A DNA stretch of 38,333 bases, from the IMG/VR virus record IMGVR_UViG_3300038475_000012, positions 1 to 38,333 of that record; one strand, given 5' to 3'. The stretch comes from a virus. Its lineage: Duplodnaviria > Caudoviricetes. The position numbers were made by a program, and so were the translations under genes. The notes under the pieces are model-generated. The model worked only from the letters and a program-made list of their open reading frames with translations, was not told the DNA's origin and ran no database searches. Positions 35,811 through 38,333 of the stretch are shown here, in pieces (position 1 is the first letter of the stretch; each line of letters opens with the position of its first letter).

Positions 35811-37378
35811 TGCCAAAGTCAAAGATTAAAACTAAAGAATACGATGACTTAGGAAAGGGTATCAATGTTTTTACCCGAGATACAATGATTAAAGAAAACG
35901 AATCCGCTGCTGGGTATAATGTTTGGGCTGTCGGAAAAAACTCAATCGCCAAGCGTCCGGGGATTACTAAGCTTTGTACCATTGCCGGTGGAAAAGCGAT
36001 AGACGGATTAGGATGTTATTACAGCGGAGCGACTAGAAATTTAGTAGCTATTTCAAACGGAGTACCTTATACCATTGAAACAGGAACCGCAGTAACGATG
36101 TCAGCAGTTCCAGCTAGTGCTGGAGCTTTCACTGCAGGAAAACGGCACGACTTTGCTCAAGGTGTAGGGAATCTTTTTACCGCTAATGGAGTAGATAAAA
36201 TAAGATACTTTGACGGAGCGTGGCGAGAAAACACGGCTAATTCAATCGTAGCTTCGTATCTTATATTTTATAAGTCTTGCCTTTGGGCGACAGGTTGCCC
36301 GACTGTAGGTAAAGAATCATCTTTGTATCGTTCAGGGGACGGAGCAACAGTTAATGCGGCAGTTGGTAACTTCACTTATAACGTCAGCACTAACCCTTTA
36401 GCGACTGAGAAATACGTTTCACAATCAGACGGACAGAAATTAAAAGGATTCTTTAAACATCAAGATTACTTGTATCCAGTAAAAGAAAGAAGTTTATGGC
36501 GCTGTTCAGTGGGAACAGATGCGGCACAACTTATTACTTTAGAAATGGTAGACCCTTCCAGAGGTTGTGATTCTCATTTTTCAATAGACTCGGTAGACAA
36601 TGACAATTTTATGTTTCAAGAGCAAGGAGTAATGGCGACCGGATACGAACCGAACATTTTAGACCAATTAAGAACAAATATAATTTCATTAAGGATAGAC
36701 AACAAGATAAAGGCGATAGAAAAATCAAGATTGGATGATGTTTGCGGAATTTACTTTGACAATCATTATTATCTTTCTTACACATCAGGAGGCGGTGGAG
36801 TGAACGATACGATTATGGTTTATGACCGGCAAAGACTTGGCTGGTGGGAGTTCAATATCGGAGCGAATTGTTTTTCAGAATTTAAGGACTCCAATGGTTA
36901 CACTAAACTCTATTTCGGAGATTCAACTGGAAACATCTACTACTTTGACGCAGGAGTAAAATCAGATAACAGTTCGGCTATTCTTACTCAATGGAAAACA
37001 GGAAAGTTAGGTTTTGGAAACTACGCTCAATCTAAGTTTTTTCTACAAACAGTTTTATATTTTGGAAAGACTCCAGGGAATGTAACCATCAATGTTTATA
37101 TCGATGATAAATTAGCAAAGACTGTGCCTAAAAAAATAGGGAATACCGGAACAGCTGGAATAGGTAACTCATCAATAGGAACTTATATATTTGGAGTAGA
37201 GGGAGGATCTTTGACTATTGCTGATAAAGGTGGAGGAGATTTTGTTCCAATTCCAATCAATAAAATAGGACGTAATTTACAGATAGAAGTAACCGATAAT
37301 ACATCCGACAAGGGATGGGAATTAAACGCTTACGAAGTTATGTATACAGAATTAGATAATATGTTTCAACCAATATAA
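35810..37378 (+). CDS. Tail nozzle/stabilisation protein (tubular protein B/P22 gp10-like)
   Basis: 522 aa beta-propeller-like; KRPG near the N-terminus, GCDS..SI, WKTG. Confidence 0.75.
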   Translation: MPKSKIKTKEYDDLGKGINVFTRDTMIKENESAAGYNVWAVGKNSIAKRPGITKLCTIAGGKAIDGLGCYYSGATRNLVAISNGVPYTIETGTAVTMSAVPASAGAFTAGKRHDFAQGVGNLFTANGVDKIRYFDGAWRENTANSIVASYLIFYKSCLWATGCPTVGKESSLYRSGDGATVNAAVGNFTYNVSTNPLATEKYVSQSDGQKLKGFFKHQDYLYPVKERSLWRCSVGTDAAQLITLEMVDPSRGCDSHFSIDSVDNDNFMFQEQGVMATGYEPNILDQLRTNIISLRIDNKIKAIEKSRLDDVCGIYFDNHYYLSYTSGGGGVNDTIMVYDRQRLGWWEFNIGANCFSEFKDSNGYTKLYFGDSTGNIYYFDAGVKSDNSSAILTQWKTGKLGFGNYAQSKFFLQTVLYFGKTPGNVTINVYIDDKLAKTVPKKIGNTGTAGIGNSSIGTYIFGVEGGSLTIADKGGGDFVPIPINKIGRNLQIEVTDNTSDKGWELNAYEVMYTELDNMFQPI

Positions 37379-37395
37379 TCAATTAAATTTAAAAT

Positions 37396-38256
37396 ATGAT
37401 TTATCACCAAAACAATTTCTCAACAAATTTGACCAGCAACACACTAGCAGGAGCAACAACCACACCATTAAACTCTATTCCGACAGTCGCAGCTCAATTC
37501 TATATCGCTTTGGATGCGACTAACATCAACTCTCATTATGAAGTGGTGAAAGCGACTTCAAAAACAGCGACTAACATTAATCACTCCGCTACTTCTTACG
37601 CTCATACTACGACGGAAGAAGTAAGAATGGTACTACCAGCTGAAGAATTAGACTCTTTTCAGTCTTTATTCAATGCTTGGCTTTCAGTTACAGATACTTG
37701 GGCTTACGCTTCCGCTACCACAATTACCGTTCCTGCTGGTGCGGCTTCTACTTATCAGAAAGGAGATAAGATAAGATTTCAAAATAACAGTTCAGGAACT
37801 TATCTTTACGCTTACATTACAGGAGTAGCTGACACAGTTTTGACTGTAACGGGTGACGCAGTTCCAAACGCAACACTAACAGACAAGTATTATTCTAAAC
37901 AAGACAACCCTCAAGGCTTTCCCGGACAATTCACACTTACAAACGGGCACAAGTTTTCAATGAACGGACAAGTGGCGACGCTTAGATATGAAGCCAGCGC
38001 CTTGACTTTACCAACTGGAGGGTTTGAAACAACTTTGGCAGTTGCATTTGACAAAGCTTTTAGCGCTAATCCAGTAGTAAATGTTCAGCTTACCAATGGA
38101 ACTTCTATTTTTGGAGCAGCTGGAGAATGGACGATAGTCAATATTCATACCGCACCTTCAACTACAGGATTTACTTTTCACGCCCGAACGCAAACAGGAA
38201 CTTGGGCAGGAAATAGAAGCGCTCAATTTAATTGGATAGCAGTAGGCTTAATATAA
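37396..38256 (+). CDS. Tail fibre/receptor-binding protein
   Basis: T/A-rich; YQKGDKIR, NPQGFP; C-terminal F..AFS.NP.V...TTGFT...NWIAVG (gp53/H-lectin-like end). Confidence 0.75.
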   Translation: MIYHQNNFSTNLTSNTLAGATTTPLNSIPTVAAQFYIALDATNINSHYEVVKATSKTATNINHSATSYAHTTTEEVRMVLPAEELDSFQSLFNAWLSVTDTWAYASATTITVPAGAASTYQKGDKIRFQNNSSGTYLYAYITGVADTVLTVTGDAVPNATLTDKYYSKQDNPQGFPGQFTLTNGHKFSMNGQVATLRYEASALTLPTGGFETTLAVAFDKAFSANPVVNVQLTNGTSIFGAAGEWTIVNIHTAPSTTGFTFHARTQTGTWAGNRSAQFNWIAVGLI

Positions 38257-38333
38257 TAATTTAAATAACTCTATACAAACATATGGCATCTGCAAAAAGT
38301 AGGTACTACGCTAATCAAGTAAAAAAGGGGAAA

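Noticed and set aside
38207-38333. Biological direct terminal repeat
   Set aside because: A length of 127 equals a common assembler k-mer and the repeat cuts through genes, so it is most likely assembly overlap

Overview
A complete, circularly assembled dsDNA tailed-phage genome of about 38.2 kb: bases 1-127 repeat exactly at 38207-38333. It is AT-rich and podovirus-like. The + strand late arm encodes TerS, TerL, portal, scaffold, major capsid, a glycosylation cluster, adaptor, nozzle, fibre, two large ejection-type proteins and lysis genes. The - strand early arm (10.7-16.6 kb) carries small genes, NinB, SSB and a transglycosylase. A replication block holds a sigma-like regulator, replisome organiser, DnaB and an HNH/NinG nuclease. 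I saw no integrase, polymerase, reverse transcriptase or CRISPR array. Most genes lack Shine-Dalgarno (SD) sites; a CPR/Patescibacteria-type host is a guess only. Two candidate novel systems stand out. (1) A short DIP1984-like protein gene is followed directly by a ~300-nt structured ncRNA (14112-14411, -). This RNA contains a circularly permuted tRNA domain (YrlA/Y-RNA-like, but no Ro60 gene is present) and 7-nt periodic UAA repeats. (2) The motif AAACTCTATG forms the start of eight late genes, and an intergenic hairpin (35168-35208) displays its antisense in the loop beside a sequestered SD sequence. All calls are by-eye motif recognition; no database searches were run.
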